Shown here one piece after another: positions 8,312 through 16,868 of a DNA stretch of 64,000 nucleotides. The translations under genes and the position numbers were made by a program. The DNA comes from a virus. Taxonomy: Duplodnaviria; Caudoviricetes. Location: the IMG/VR virus record IMGVR_UViG_3300028797_000010, positions 21,381 to 85,380 of that record, one strand, 5' to 3'. Under the pieces are notes generated by a model that saw only the letters and a list, made by a program, of their open reading frames with translations, had not been told where the DNA came from and did not search any database. Numbering within the stretch: position 1 is the stretch's first letter; every line of letters begins with the position of its first letter.

Positions 8312-8746
8312 ATGACAGACAAAGAGAAAATAAGAGCCGAGATTGAAAAGAAAATAAAAATGCTATCTCCCTTTACTCATCAAGGAAGTGACACTTGTGG
8401 CAAAGTTATAAGACAATTAGAAAGTCTTGTTAGCTTTATTAACTCCCTTCCAGAAGAGCCTATAAGCGAGGATTTGGACAAAGCCGCACAAAAGTATGCT
8501 AATTCTGAGTATGACCGCAAGAAACCTGCAACTTTACCAGATAAATGTAGAGGTTGTTATGCACCAATTATGTATGCTTTCAATGCTGGTGCTCAATGGC
8601 AAAAAAGCAAACTTGTCACATGGCTTACAAGAGAGTCTGACTTCTTAATCCAAGAACTACAGAAAGGTAATAAGGCTTATGGGCTGCCAGAGCAGTACAG
8701 GGCACAGTTGTACAAGGAAATTGCTAACAAGTTAAAGGAGGAATAG
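8312..8746 (+). CDS. Accessory protein sharing the SEDL/GAQWQK modules
   Basis: SLPEEPISEDLDKAAQKYA...FNAGAQWQK. Confidence 0.7.
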   Translation: MTDKEKIRAEIEKKIKMLSPFTHQGSDTCGKVIRQLESLVSFINSLPEEPISEDLDKAAQKYANSEYDRKKPATLPDKCRGCYAPIMYAFNAGAQWQKSKLVTWLTRESDFLIQELQKGNKAYGLPEQYRAQLYKEIANKLKEE

Positions 8747-8757
8747 CGTATTTGATT

Positions 8758-8910
8758 ATGGAAATTACAAAATATTTGTGCGAGTTCTTTTTCACGGATT
8801 TTTGGCATTGGTTAGGCTTGGTTGTTGCTCTTTATACGGTCGGATTCCACACTGTCATTATTAAAAAGGACAACCAGATTACAAGCAAAGAAAACGCAAA
8901 AGAAAAGTAA
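8758..8910 (+). CDS. Small membrane protein (50 aa)
   Basis: Hydrophobic stretch FFFTDFWHWLGLVVALYTVGF. Confidence 0.55.
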   Translation: MEITKYLCEFFFTDFWHWLGLVVALYTVGFHTVIIKKDNQITSKENAKEK

Positions 8911-8911
8911 T

Positions 8912-9154
8912 ATGAAGAAACTGATATTATTGGCACTTACAGCTGTCATGATGGCTGGGTGTTATGACCAAAAAGATGTTGTCGCTTCTATTGAAGATGG
9001 TGATTTTGAAGTCTTTGAGTTTGATAGTTGTGAATATGTAATTAGATTAATTCCATATAAGGGGTTTCTTGCCCACAAAGGCAACTGTCGCTTTTGCAAG
9101 GAACGTAGGCAGAAGGAGTTGGAAGAATTAGTTATAAGGATTAAAGAGAAGTGA
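8912..9154 (+). CDS. Small lipoprotein
   Basis: Signal peptide II MKKLILLALTAVMMAG-C and an AHKGNCRFC motif. ATG is at 8912. Confidence 0.7.
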   Translation: MKKLILLALTAVMMAGCYDQKDVVASIEDGDFEVFEFDSCEYVIRLIPYKGFLAHKGNCRFCKERRQKELEELVIRIKEK

Positions 9155-9155
9155 T

Positions 9156-9341
9156 ATGGCAAAGAAACTAAAGTACAAAGACCTCGTAAGGAAACTAAAG
9201 CCCTTTGAGAATGACGAGATAGTAATGGTGGCTTCAAGAAGCGAGGTGTCTTTCTTTGACAAGGAAGGTATGTTTAGGATAGTCCATCTGTTAGAGTTAG
9301 AGAATGAAGAGCATTGCTTTGCAACTGAGATTAAAGATTAG
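9156..9341 (+). CDS. Hypothetical protein
   Basis: ORF that fits the operon packing. Confidence 0.55.
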   Translation: MAKKLKYKDLVRKLKPFENDEIVMVASRSEVSFFDKEGMFRIVHLLELENEEHCFATEIKD

Positions 9342-9346
9342 TGATT

Positions 9347-9472
9347 ATGATTAAATTGTCAGAATTAGGATGGCCGCCAGCAATTGCATTCCTTGTGGTG
9401 ATGCTTGTACTTAGCGCACTGGCTATATGGTGGCTTGTGAGAGAACATGGAAGACGTAACAAACCCTTTTAA
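9347..9472 (+). CDS. Small single-pass membrane protein (41 aa)
   Basis: PAIAFLVVMLVLSALAIWWLV. Confidence 0.5.
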   Translation: MIKLSELGWPPAIAFLVVMLVLSALAIWWLVREHGRRNKPF

Positions 9473-9483
9473 TTTATAAAGTT

Positions 9484-11664
9484 ATGGAAGTAAATGGAAA
9501 TGTAATTACCCTTGAGGCTGGTGAAGAAATTACCATCAAGGCAAAGAAAAAAGACGTACAGCCGCAGCCAGAGCCGCAACCGCAGCCGTCAGGCAAGTAC
9601 CTGTCTTTCTCTGAACTGTTGGCACAGATGAACGCTGTGCTAAAAAACTTTGGGTTTAAGGAGGTATCCAAGTCGGGGACTCCTAAGACCTACGACTATC
9701 TTGTTAATGCGGACAAAATGGCGAGCGCTGCTTGGGATGACACGGATTCTTGGATGTGGAAAAAAGACTCCTACAAGGAAATCTACGACTACCACGGCAC
9801 GGACAAGACCTACAAGTACGAGGCCGCCAACTGCCTTGGTGCGTCGCTTATGGCGTCATGCCTTGCCGAACTCTGTCCTACAAGCGGTGAGAAGACCAAC
9901 TGTCAGACAGAGCTTTTCAAGCTGGCCTACGAAATCGGTGGTGGCAGGGCTGTGCCTATCACGGGCTTGGATATGCACTGCGACCCGATGATTGCAAGAA
10001 ACGTCGCTTGTGCGCTATACTCCACTTTGCACAAGCAATACACATGGGCACAGATTGATGCCATGCGCAAGGAACTTGGTGGCAAGGCCATCAACGCCAG
10101 CGACTGGAACGGTCTCGGCTACAAGGGCGACGATGGAGCGATGACTTATCTTGGGTATATTGTGAATACGGACGCTATCATTCCTGCCGCCGCTGGCTGG
10201 TTTGCCGATGGTTGCGATAACGGACGGGTAAAACCTTGGGAAGAGGGACAGCCAAAGGACAAGTTCCTGCTCGGTGACTATTCCAAGCCTTGGTATAAGT
10301 ACAACTATAATGATGATGTAGTCTGCGATAGAATAATCACCTCCGACTACAACATGCAGGCGCAGACAACGCTTGAAGAGTGGAACAGTTACACAAAAGA
10401 GAAAAAGCAACTTATTATTCAGGCATCTGCCGCCGTTCGTGCAACAGACCATTTCTTCTTTGGCAAGAAATATGTCAAGTTTGACGGCATTCACATGGGT
10501 AGTCGGGCTGGTAACAACAAGGAATACCAGTATTTCTGGTTCAGCGAAACTAACGAGAAGCCCACCGCCACAAATGATGTCTTTGAGATTCGCGGATGCT
10601 TCTACGATTTGGAGGATAAGATGTTTGTAGGTTCGGGTTACGGCACGCCTACGGACGCGTTGAAGTATATGAGCACAGTTATGAAGATTGCTGATAATGG
10701 TAGAGCGGCAACGGTTGATAACCAATATGGCCGTGTAAGACCTTGCGGTGGTCAGAAGATGCCAACCGATGCCCGTAGCGAAATCAAGGGCGATAAGCTT
10801 AATGCCATCTACAACGTTGACATTAGCTGTATCTTCGCAGATGATGAGGCACAATACAACAAGTGCTACAACACAAGCGGCTTTGTCTACGAGTTCCCGC
10901 GTTCGTATGTCAGTGGTCACACCACACAGACATGGGTAGGGGCAATGCTATTGGCACAGATGAACCCCAGCACGCTACAGAAGTACTGGGAAGGTGCTTG
11001 CATGGTCGCAACAAGTCGCAACATTACTCGTTACCATTGGCTATCTGACGTTATCTATGGGCGTATGATTGGCTGTATGATTGTGCCCATTATTAACGCT
11101 ATGTCGGGCTTGCAAAGTGGTTTTGACAAGGCGAAAGACATCGTTAATGGCGTAACACCTGTCCCGACACCAAGCGGTAAGACTCCAGCTACGGTCATAT
11201 CTTTCAAATTCAAGATTAAGAACAACAAAAAAGAGTCCGTGACCATTGACGATAATGTAAACTTTGTACTCGCAAACCCCGACAAGAACGGATTCTATTA
11301 TGGTGGCAAGGACGGCACTCCGTATATAGGCTGGTACAACAGATGGAAGACACCTCTTGTGGGTAACGGCAAGAAGATTACTATTGCCGCTGGAAAGGAG
11401 GCTACGTTCACACTGAAGCCGAGCGAAAGCAGTAACATCTTCAATGCCGACGGCTCGCTTTACGGTAACAATGTTATTAACGGCTTTGGCGGGCGAAATC
11501 TTGTAAGCAAGGCAGACATGGACAAGAACGGTTGGAACAAGGACAGAGGCTATACCAACGTCCTCTTGTATCAGGACGGCTATTCGAACAAGGTCGTGCC
11601 AGAGTTCATGGACGCCGACGTTGTGTTTGTTCAGGGTAATACCTACACGGCAATAATCAAATAG
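9484..11664 (+). CDS. PAP2/class A acid phosphatase-superfamily protein with a C-terminal extra domain
   Basis: YGRVRP, SYVSGHT and SRNITRYHWLSD (SR-x5-H-x3-D). There is an N-terminal QP linker and no obvious signal peptide. Confidence 0.78.
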   Translation: MEVNGNVITLEAGEEITIKAKKKDVQPQPEPQPQPSGKYLSFSELLAQMNAVLKNFGFKEVSKSGTPKTYDYLVNADKMASAAWDDTDSWMWKKDSYKEIYDYHGTDKTYKYEAANCLGASLMASCLAELCPTSGEKTNCQTELFKLAYEIGGGRAVPITGLDMHCDPMIARNVACALYSTLHKQYTWAQIDAMRKELGGKAINASDWNGLGYKGDDGAMTYLGYIVNTDAIIPAAAGWFADGCDNGRVKPWEEGQPKDKFLLGDYSKPWYKYNYNDDVVCDRIITSDYNMQAQTTLEEWNSYTKEKKQLIIQASAAVRATDHFFFGKKYVKFDGIHMGSRAGNNKEYQYFWFSETNEKPTATNDVFEIRGCFYDLEDKMFVGSGYGTPTDALKYMSTVMKIADNGRAATVDNQYGRVRPCGGQKMPTDARSEIKGDKLNAIYNVDISCIFADDEAQYNKCYNTSGFVYEFPRSYVSGHTTQTWVGAMLLAQMNPSTLQKYWEGACMVATSRNITRYHWLSDVIYGRMIGCMIVPIINAMSGLQSGFDKAKDIVNGVTPVPTPSGKTPATVISFKFKIKNNKKESVTIDDNVNFVLANPDKNGFYYGGKDGTPYIGWYNRWKTPLVGNGKKITIAAGKEATFTLKPSESSNIFNADGSLYGNNVINGFGGRNLVSKADMDKNGWNKDRGYTNVLLYQDGYSNKVVPEFMDADVVFVQGNTYTAIIK

Positions 11665-11668
11665 GCAC

Positions 11669-12424
11669 ATGGAAAAAGCAATGATTGGACTGAGCGAGTC
11701 TTCGGTTGTCGAGGATGATGTCATCAAACGCATCCGAACCACTGGCGTCCGTGGACTTAGCTTCGAGAATGCGAAGGAGTTGGGATTCTTTACAAGGATT
11801 TCCAACCTCCTTTGTGTAACGCATGCCGCCATTATGGCAGCCAACCGCGTGTATGGAGGCGTAGACTATCTGTTGTCGGAGTTCGGTGGGCGTCGCAACG
11901 ACATAGCAAAGGCGATGAGCGACTACGAGAAAGCGTTCACTAAGTTCACGGACTTTTGGACGGGCTATTATGCGCACGGCAATGCTGGCATCGAAGTCAA
12001 CGAGGAAACCGAAACGCTTTTCCGTCGCATCATGGAATGGGCACAACTGCCATACAAATGGGAACTTGGCGACCCACAGCGCATCGAAGACGACGGGCTT
12101 GACGTGGCTATACGCGTAAATGTCGGTGACAAGCAGTACACATTCCGCAATACCGTCGTTGACGGCAAGACAGTAGGCGAGCCAAAGGAATCGTGGTGTG
12201 TGACCAAGTATGATACGAGGGAACACACTCAGACATGTGTCGAGCAGGATATGGACAAGGCATCAGCCATAATGGTCGCCAAAAGACTGTCCGCAGAAGA
12301 CCGTGACAACATCTACACCGCAAGCGTGGTGCGCGACTATGTGGAAAAAAAGACGGAGGTGACGCCATTCAAGGCATACAAGGCCAACGAAACCGTAGGT
12401 AGACTTGTAAACGTTAAAAAATAA
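11669..12424 (+). CDS. Hypothetical protein
   Basis: 251-aa ORF with no motif I recognise. Confidence 0.7.
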   Translation: MEKAMIGLSESSVVEDDVIKRIRTTGVRGLSFENAKELGFFTRISNLLCVTHAAIMAANRVYGGVDYLLSEFGGRRNDIAKAMSDYEKAFTKFTDFWTGYYAHGNAGIEVNEETETLFRRIMEWAQLPYKWELGDPQRIEDDGLDVAIRVNVGDKQYTFRNTVVDGKTVGEPKESWCVTKYDTREHTQTCVEQDMDKASAIMVAKRLSAEDRDNIYTASVVRDYVEKKTEVTPFKAYKANETVGRLVNVKK

Positions 12425-12429
12425 ACAAT

Positions 12430-12651
12430 ATGGCTGTATTATCAAACAATTGGATTCAAAATAAGGACGTTGTACGCGAAAGGGATAAAAATGCCGCCGT
12501 ACGTGCCGAAAAACTTGAAGCTAAGAAAATCAAGAAAGGTTATCGGTGGGTAAGGATTGACGCGCGTACAAAAGCACTTGTGGAATGTGACAAGAATGGT
12601 CAGCCCACTAAACTTGGTTTAATGCAAATTGAAAACGTGAAGAATATGTAG
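12430..12651 (+). CDS. Hypothetical basic protein
   Basis: ORF with an A-rich start region. Confidence 0.6.
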   Translation: MAVLSNNWIQNKDVVRERDKNAAVRAEKLEAKKIKKGYRWVRIDARTKALVECDKNGQPTKLGLMQIENVKNM

Positions 12652-12680
12652 CAAAAAACTTGTTAAAATTTCCAATATCT

Positions 12681-12712
12681 TTTGGTATATTTAAAATTAT
12701 TGCGTACATTTG
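12681..12712 (+). promoter_or_regulatory. Bacteroidota -33/-7 promoter
   Basis: TTTG at 12681-12684, N20, then TACATTTG at 12705-12712. Confidence 0.8.
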
Positions 12713-12743
12713 CACCGTTGTTTAATTTAAAAGTTACAAGATT

Positions 12744-13289
12744 ATGGATATTATGTTTGAAAAAGAAGTCTGTCAATACCTTGGCATTCCGTCGATACCG
12801 TTAAAGGAATGGGATGGGACATCACCTTTTACAAAAGCCGTTGCCGTGCTCTCGTTGGCTTTCGGTAAGAAAGCTTATGGCGTTGCAAGGTTTGAACCTA
12901 CAAAGGAAAGCGAGCCTAACATTGTCAAGGTGTTCAATAGCGAACCTTTTGTAGGTATCGAGAAACTGTTTGTTGTCCCAGAGTATATGGAAACAAGTGT
13001 CGAGGATGCCGACTTGGACGATGAATCAAAGAAGAAAGCCGAGGAATTGGCACATCAAGGCGATGAAATCATCAACGCGGGCAAGCATGATGACGACAAG
13101 GCTTTGGAAAATCCCCCAACCCCATACTATTTCGACAACATCACGTCGGACGAGGAAGCCATTGCCTTTATCGCCGCCTACAATAAAAAAAACAAGACAG
13201 GCGGGCGTGTGCCAAAGACGCATGACACAATACTTATGCGCTTGGCGGTTATCTATGCAGACCAAAAGAAAGCATCAGGTGTCGAATAA
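12744..13289 (+). CDS. Hypothetical protein
   Basis: 181-aa ORF downstream of a promoter. Confidence 0.7.
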   Translation: MDIMFEKEVCQYLGIPSIPLKEWDGTSPFTKAVAVLSLAFGKKAYGVARFEPTKESEPNIVKVFNSEPFVGIEKLFVVPEYMETSVEDADLDDESKKKAEELAHQGDEIINAGKHDDDKALENPPTPYYFDNITSDEEAIAFIAAYNKKNKTGGRVPKTHDTILMRLAVIYADQKKASGVE

Positions 13290-13298
13290 GGGTTTGTT

Positions 13299-13445
13299 AT
13301 GGTGAATGACTACGAGTATTATAGACTAAGGTCACAATTGGCCGTTCTAAGGGATGTGGCCTTGGTTTACCCTACGGCATCCATACAAAACGTAATACAA
13401 CAATTGGATGCGAGGATAAAGAACATGGAAACAAAACAAAATTAG
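13299..13445 (+). CDS. Small hypothetical protein (48 aa)
   Basis: MVNDYEYYRLRSQLAVLRDVALVYPTASIQNVIQQLDARIK. Confidence 0.55.
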   Translation: MVNDYEYYRLRSQLAVLRDVALVYPTASIQNVIQQLDARIKNMETKQN

Positions 13446-13448
13446 TTT

Positions 13449-14132
13449 ATGGAGAAACAAAAGAAAGAAACAAAAGGTGCGATGGAACGCCGTATGCGCA
13501 ATGCCATCGTGCTCGTGCCTAAAGATAAGGACTATCAAGGCGTATATTTTGACGATAAGGGCTTGAAACTTGAAGTAACGGGTGACTTTGCCATTGTTAG
13601 CACAATGTTCCACCGCCATGTTTTCAACAACATAACGTCACAAGGTGTATCAAGGCCATTTATCTATGTGCGTCGTTTCATCGAAATAGCCTTGGAAAAC
13701 GATTGTACTATCAAGGATGCACAAGGTAACGTGACACGTTCTTATGCAAAGCTGCTTGATGTGCTTAACAACAAAGAGGACAAGTTGGAATTCAACGTTT
13801 GTTGGTACGTCGACTTGTGGCTTAACAATATATGGCAACCATTGTTTGGAATTGGTGAAACGGAAGCCGAATCGTTCCTTGTCCATGAAACCTACTTGCA
13901 CAATATTGCACGTAACAAGGTGATACTGTCGGAAAAGGTTGAAGACATTACCAACGTCGGGTTCGTCAACGAGGTTTGTGAATCGATGAAGAAAATGACC
14001 GAAGGTTGGAAAACACATGTGATTTTCCCAAAGAAAACCGACGAGGAAAAGGCCAAGGAAAACATCGATGCTATCCAAGACGCCATCGTTGATGCAACAT
14101 TAAAGGAAAACGCCGAGAAAGATGGAAACTAA
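13449..14132 (+). CDS. Hypothetical protein
   Basis: 227-aa ORF. Confidence 0.7.
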   Translation: MEKQKKETKGAMERRMRNAIVLVPKDKDYQGVYFDDKGLKLEVTGDFAIVSTMFHRHVFNNITSQGVSRPFIYVRRFIEIALENDCTIKDAQGNVTRSYAKLLDVLNNKEDKLEFNVCWYVDLWLNNIWQPLFGIGETEAESFLVHETYLHNIARNKVILSEKVEDITNVGFVNEVCESMKKMTEGWKTHVIFPKKTDEEKAKENIDAIQDAIVDATLKENAEKDGN

Positions 14133-14286
14133 TGAATATGAAATGTTAAGCGTTTCCGAGGTCGCAAAGCGGCAAGGGACTTCCAAGCAGACGATTTATA
14201 ACCAAATCAAGTCTGGCTTGTGGGAAACTATGACCTACCAACGTGGCAAATACAAGGGAATCTTGGTTAAGTACCCCAAAAAATAA
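14122..14286 (+). CDS. Small helix-turn-helix DNA-binding protein (Xis/MerR-like HTH)
   Basis: MLSVSEVAKRQGTSKQTIYNQIKSG. It was not in the supplied ORF track because it is only 54 aa. Confidence 0.7.
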   Translation: METNEYEMLSVSEVAKRQGTSKQTIYNQIKSGLWETMTYQRGKYKGILVKYPKK

Positions 14287-14292
14287 GATGTT

Positions 14293-14715
14293 ATGGCATA
14301 TAAGGTCATGGATGCCATCAAACGGCGTATCAAGGAAAATTGGGAGGTGGCTTGCAATAGCTACCTCCTTGAGCTTTGCAACATGTGGGATTTAGACCCA
14401 GCAAATGGCTGGTTTGTTGGAGACGAAGTCGGTGACGTTTGGTGCTACGGTGACAATATCTTTATTGGTTTCGACGATATGCGCTACGTTGTAGAGAATG
14501 ATGTTTCCTATGAAACCTACCAAGACTGGCAGGAATATTGTGTTTGGGCTACCGAATTTAATCAAGACACACCAAATCTTAACGCATGGTGCAAAGGCTG
14601 TCCTCGTGTTGACGAAGAAACACAAAAGAAACTTTCTGCCATGAAAAGCGATTTGATTAAGGCGTGTTTAGACGAAAAAGAAAAGATAAAAAATGGCAAG
14701 GAAAAACCGTACTAA
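14293..14715 (+). CDS. Hypothetical protein
   Basis: 140-aa ORF. Confidence 0.7.
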   Translation: MAYKVMDAIKRRIKENWEVACNSYLLELCNMWDLDPANGWFVGDEVGDVWCYGDNIFIGFDDMRYVVENDVSYETYQDWQEYCVWATEFNQDTPNLNAWCKGCPRVDEETQKKLSAMKSDLIKACLDEKEKIKNGKEKPY

Positions 14716-14893
14716 AACAAAAGCGAGAAAGCGCGTAAAGGGTAAGGTAAAACTTACCCAACGTGCTCGTATCGTTGAAAAGAACGATGCTACACGTGTT
14801 GCACGAACCGACACGACATCATACCCACGTATGCAAGCACAAATGCCAAGAAGTCTTGCCCCAACATTTAAGATTAAAATAAAAAGAAAATAA
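14693..14893 (+). CDS. Small highly basic protein
   Basis: K/R-rich ORF overlapping the upstream gene. Confidence 0.55.
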   Translation: MARKNRTKTKARKRVKGKVKLTQRARIVEKNDATRVARTDTTSYPRMQAQMPRSLAPTFKIKIKRK

Positions 14894-14894
14894 C

Positions 14895-15317
14895 ATGGTT
14901 GAAAATCCTATCGTTATCAAAGCAAGAAAGGCTTTTATAATTGGTAGTAAATGTTTCCCGTTTATGCTATGCTTGCTTATAGCGTTATCGTACTTGGAAA
15001 CAATATTTGCGTTGGCTACAAACGATTTTATTATATATGATGGATATTTGATACCAAATGTTCCTATTTCATGGTTTATAGGCGAATATTTTGAATATCA
15101 AATACCATTTGTACTTGCTTTAATTGTAATAGTTCACGCAACAAATACATGCATTTGGAATAAACTTTGTTGTTATTATTCTTTTATTGCTTTAATTGAA
15201 AAGTCTTTCTTTGACTTTGAACTTGACCCCGAATACATATACATAATATGTTTGGCCAACATCATTATTAGTGCGTTTTTGGTCTACAAGGGCACGAAAA
15301 TAATAACACGAATGTAA
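14895..15317 (+). CDS. Multi-pass membrane protein
   Basis: About four hydrophobic segments in AT-rich DNA. Confidence 0.65.
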   Translation: MVENPIVIKARKAFIIGSKCFPFMLCLLIALSYLETIFALATNDFIIYDGYLIPNVPISWFIGEYFEYQIPFVLALIVIVHATNTCIWNKLCCYYSFIALIEKSFFDFELDPEYIYIICLANIIISAFLVYKGTKIITRM

Positions 15318-15363
15318 CTTTATGTTATATTTGTGTTAATTTTGTGTTAAATATCGGAAAACA

Positions 15364-15395
15364 TTTGCAAGTTACGAATGAAAGTTGTAATTTTG
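15364..15395 (+). promoter_or_regulatory. Bacteroidota -33/-7 promoter
   Basis: TTTG at 15364-15367, N20, then TAATTTTG at 15388-15395. Confidence 0.8.
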
Positions 15396-15608
15396 CACTT
15401 GATAAATTTTCTTTTGGATAAATGCCTATAAATTTAAGTTAATACGCGATACGGAACAAGGCATTGTGAAATGTAGTAGTTCCACTTTTGCATAAAAACA
15501 AAGCTTATCTTTATTTGTTTTTAAGAAAACCACGAAAGCGAAAATCCGTGAGGCCGAGTAGCTTTTTTACATTGTGGCGTGGTAAAGATAAAAGTAGTGG
15601 TTAGTTCC

Positions 15609-15679
15609 AGGAGATTGGTGTAACGGTAACACGTGAAGATTTGGCCTTCAAGTAGGGGTTTCGACTACCTCATTTCCTA
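15609..15679 (+). tRNA. tRNA-Gln (anticodon TTG), atypical
   Basis: Acceptor stem AGGAGAT/ATTTCCT, D-stem GTGT/ACAC, anticodon stem TGAAG/CTTCA with loop ATTTGGC, T-arm GGGGT-TTCGACT-ACCTC. No encoded CCA. Confidence 0.82.
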
Positions 15680-15717
15680 CAAAAATTCATATATTTTATT
15701 CACGAAAACAATAAATT

Positions 15718-16857
15718 ATGGCAAAATTAAGAATTAGTACAGACGAAGTGTTACCGCGACTTGCACAGGTTGTAGGCGTCGTAAATTCAAAGAGTCCGCT
15801 ACCAATACTTGGTAACGTGGTGTTCCAAACAAGACAAGACGGTGGGCTTACCATTACGGCGTCGGATAGCGAGATTTGGCTTACGGTCAAAGTCCCTTGT
15901 ATTCAATCCGACGAACCCATGACGTTCTGTGTTCTCGCAACGGACATTTTCAAGGTGCTTTCCAACCTTAAAGGCAAGGAAGTGGAAATGACGCTTGACA
16001 AGGAAACACACACCGTTCAAGGCACGTATCAAAAGGGTCGTTTCTCGTTGCCGTACGAGGATGCAACGGACTTTCCACGTCCAATGATGGACATGACGGA
16101 TGCAAAGACGATTCTAATGCACGCAACGAACTTTATCCGTGCCATTGGCAAGGCGAACTTTGCCGTAGCCAACGAAAAGCTGCGTCCAATATTGAACGGC
16201 GTGCATTTCATTTTCTCAAACACGGGGATGATAGCCGAGGCTACGGATGGACAGAAACTTATTCGCTATGTCGATAAGACCATTGAGAACTTTGGCGATG
16301 GCGAAAGCGAAACGGCCTTTGTGTTGCCAAAGAAACCCGTGACGTTGCTTATTGGCTTGCTTAATGGGTATAGCGATGATGTAAAGATTGAATTCACTCC
16401 GAGTTGTGTGGCCATTTCAAACACCGAGTTCAAGATGATGGCACGATTGCTTGAGGGAAAATACCCTACACTTGAACGCATTATCCCGACGGACAATACA
16501 ATTAAAGTCACCATACCAAAGAATGACCTAATAGAGGCTTTGAAACGTGTACTTCCGATGGGCGATGCCGTAAGTGAACTTGTAAGCCTTGCTTTCTCGA
16601 TTGGAAACTTGACGGTGGCCACGACGGACATCAACTATAGCAAGTCGGCAGATGAAAGCATCGATTGCGACTACGCAAGCCCAGAACTTTCAATAGGTTT
16701 CAACGGTAGCTATTTGTTGGACGTGCTGGCAAACATCGAAGATGACAATGTATGTATCATGTTGAAAGATGCGACACGCGCTGGTTTGTTCAAGCCCGAG
16801 AGCATTGACGAAAGTGAGGACTATGTTTCATTGTTGATGCCCATATTCTTGCTATAA
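15718..16857 (+). CDS. dnaN: DNA polymerase III beta sliding clamp
   Basis: PILGNV, ITASDSE, RPILNGVHF, ATDGQKL, RLLEGKYP and IGFNGSYLLDVL motifs over 379 aa. Confidence 0.95.
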   Translation: MAKLRISTDEVLPRLAQVVGVVNSKSPLPILGNVVFQTRQDGGLTITASDSEIWLTVKVPCIQSDEPMTFCVLATDIFKVLSNLKGKEVEMTLDKETHTVQGTYQKGRFSLPYEDATDFPRPMMDMTDAKTILMHATNFIRAIGKANFAVANEKLRPILNGVHFIFSNTGMIAEATDGQKLIRYVDKTIENFGDGESETAFVLPKKPVTLLIGLLNGYSDDVKIEFTPSCVAISNTEFKMMARLLEGKYPTLERIIPTDNTIKVTIPKNDLIEALKRVLPMGDAVSELVSLAFSIGNLTVATTDINYSKSADESIDCDYASPELSIGFNGSYLLDVLANIEDDNVCIMLKDATRAGLFKPESIDESEDYVSLLMPIFLL

Positions 16858-16868
16858 ACGTGTGTGCT

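Noticed and set aside
9559-9590. CAGCCG-type microrepeat as a contingency locus
   Set aside because: It is an imperfect in-frame repeat encoding an ordinary QPQPEPQPQP linker.
14122-14286. Excisionase implying a temperate lifestyle
   Set aside because: The small HTH alone is not diagnostic. No integrase, repressor pair or att site is visible in this window, so lifestyle is undetermined.
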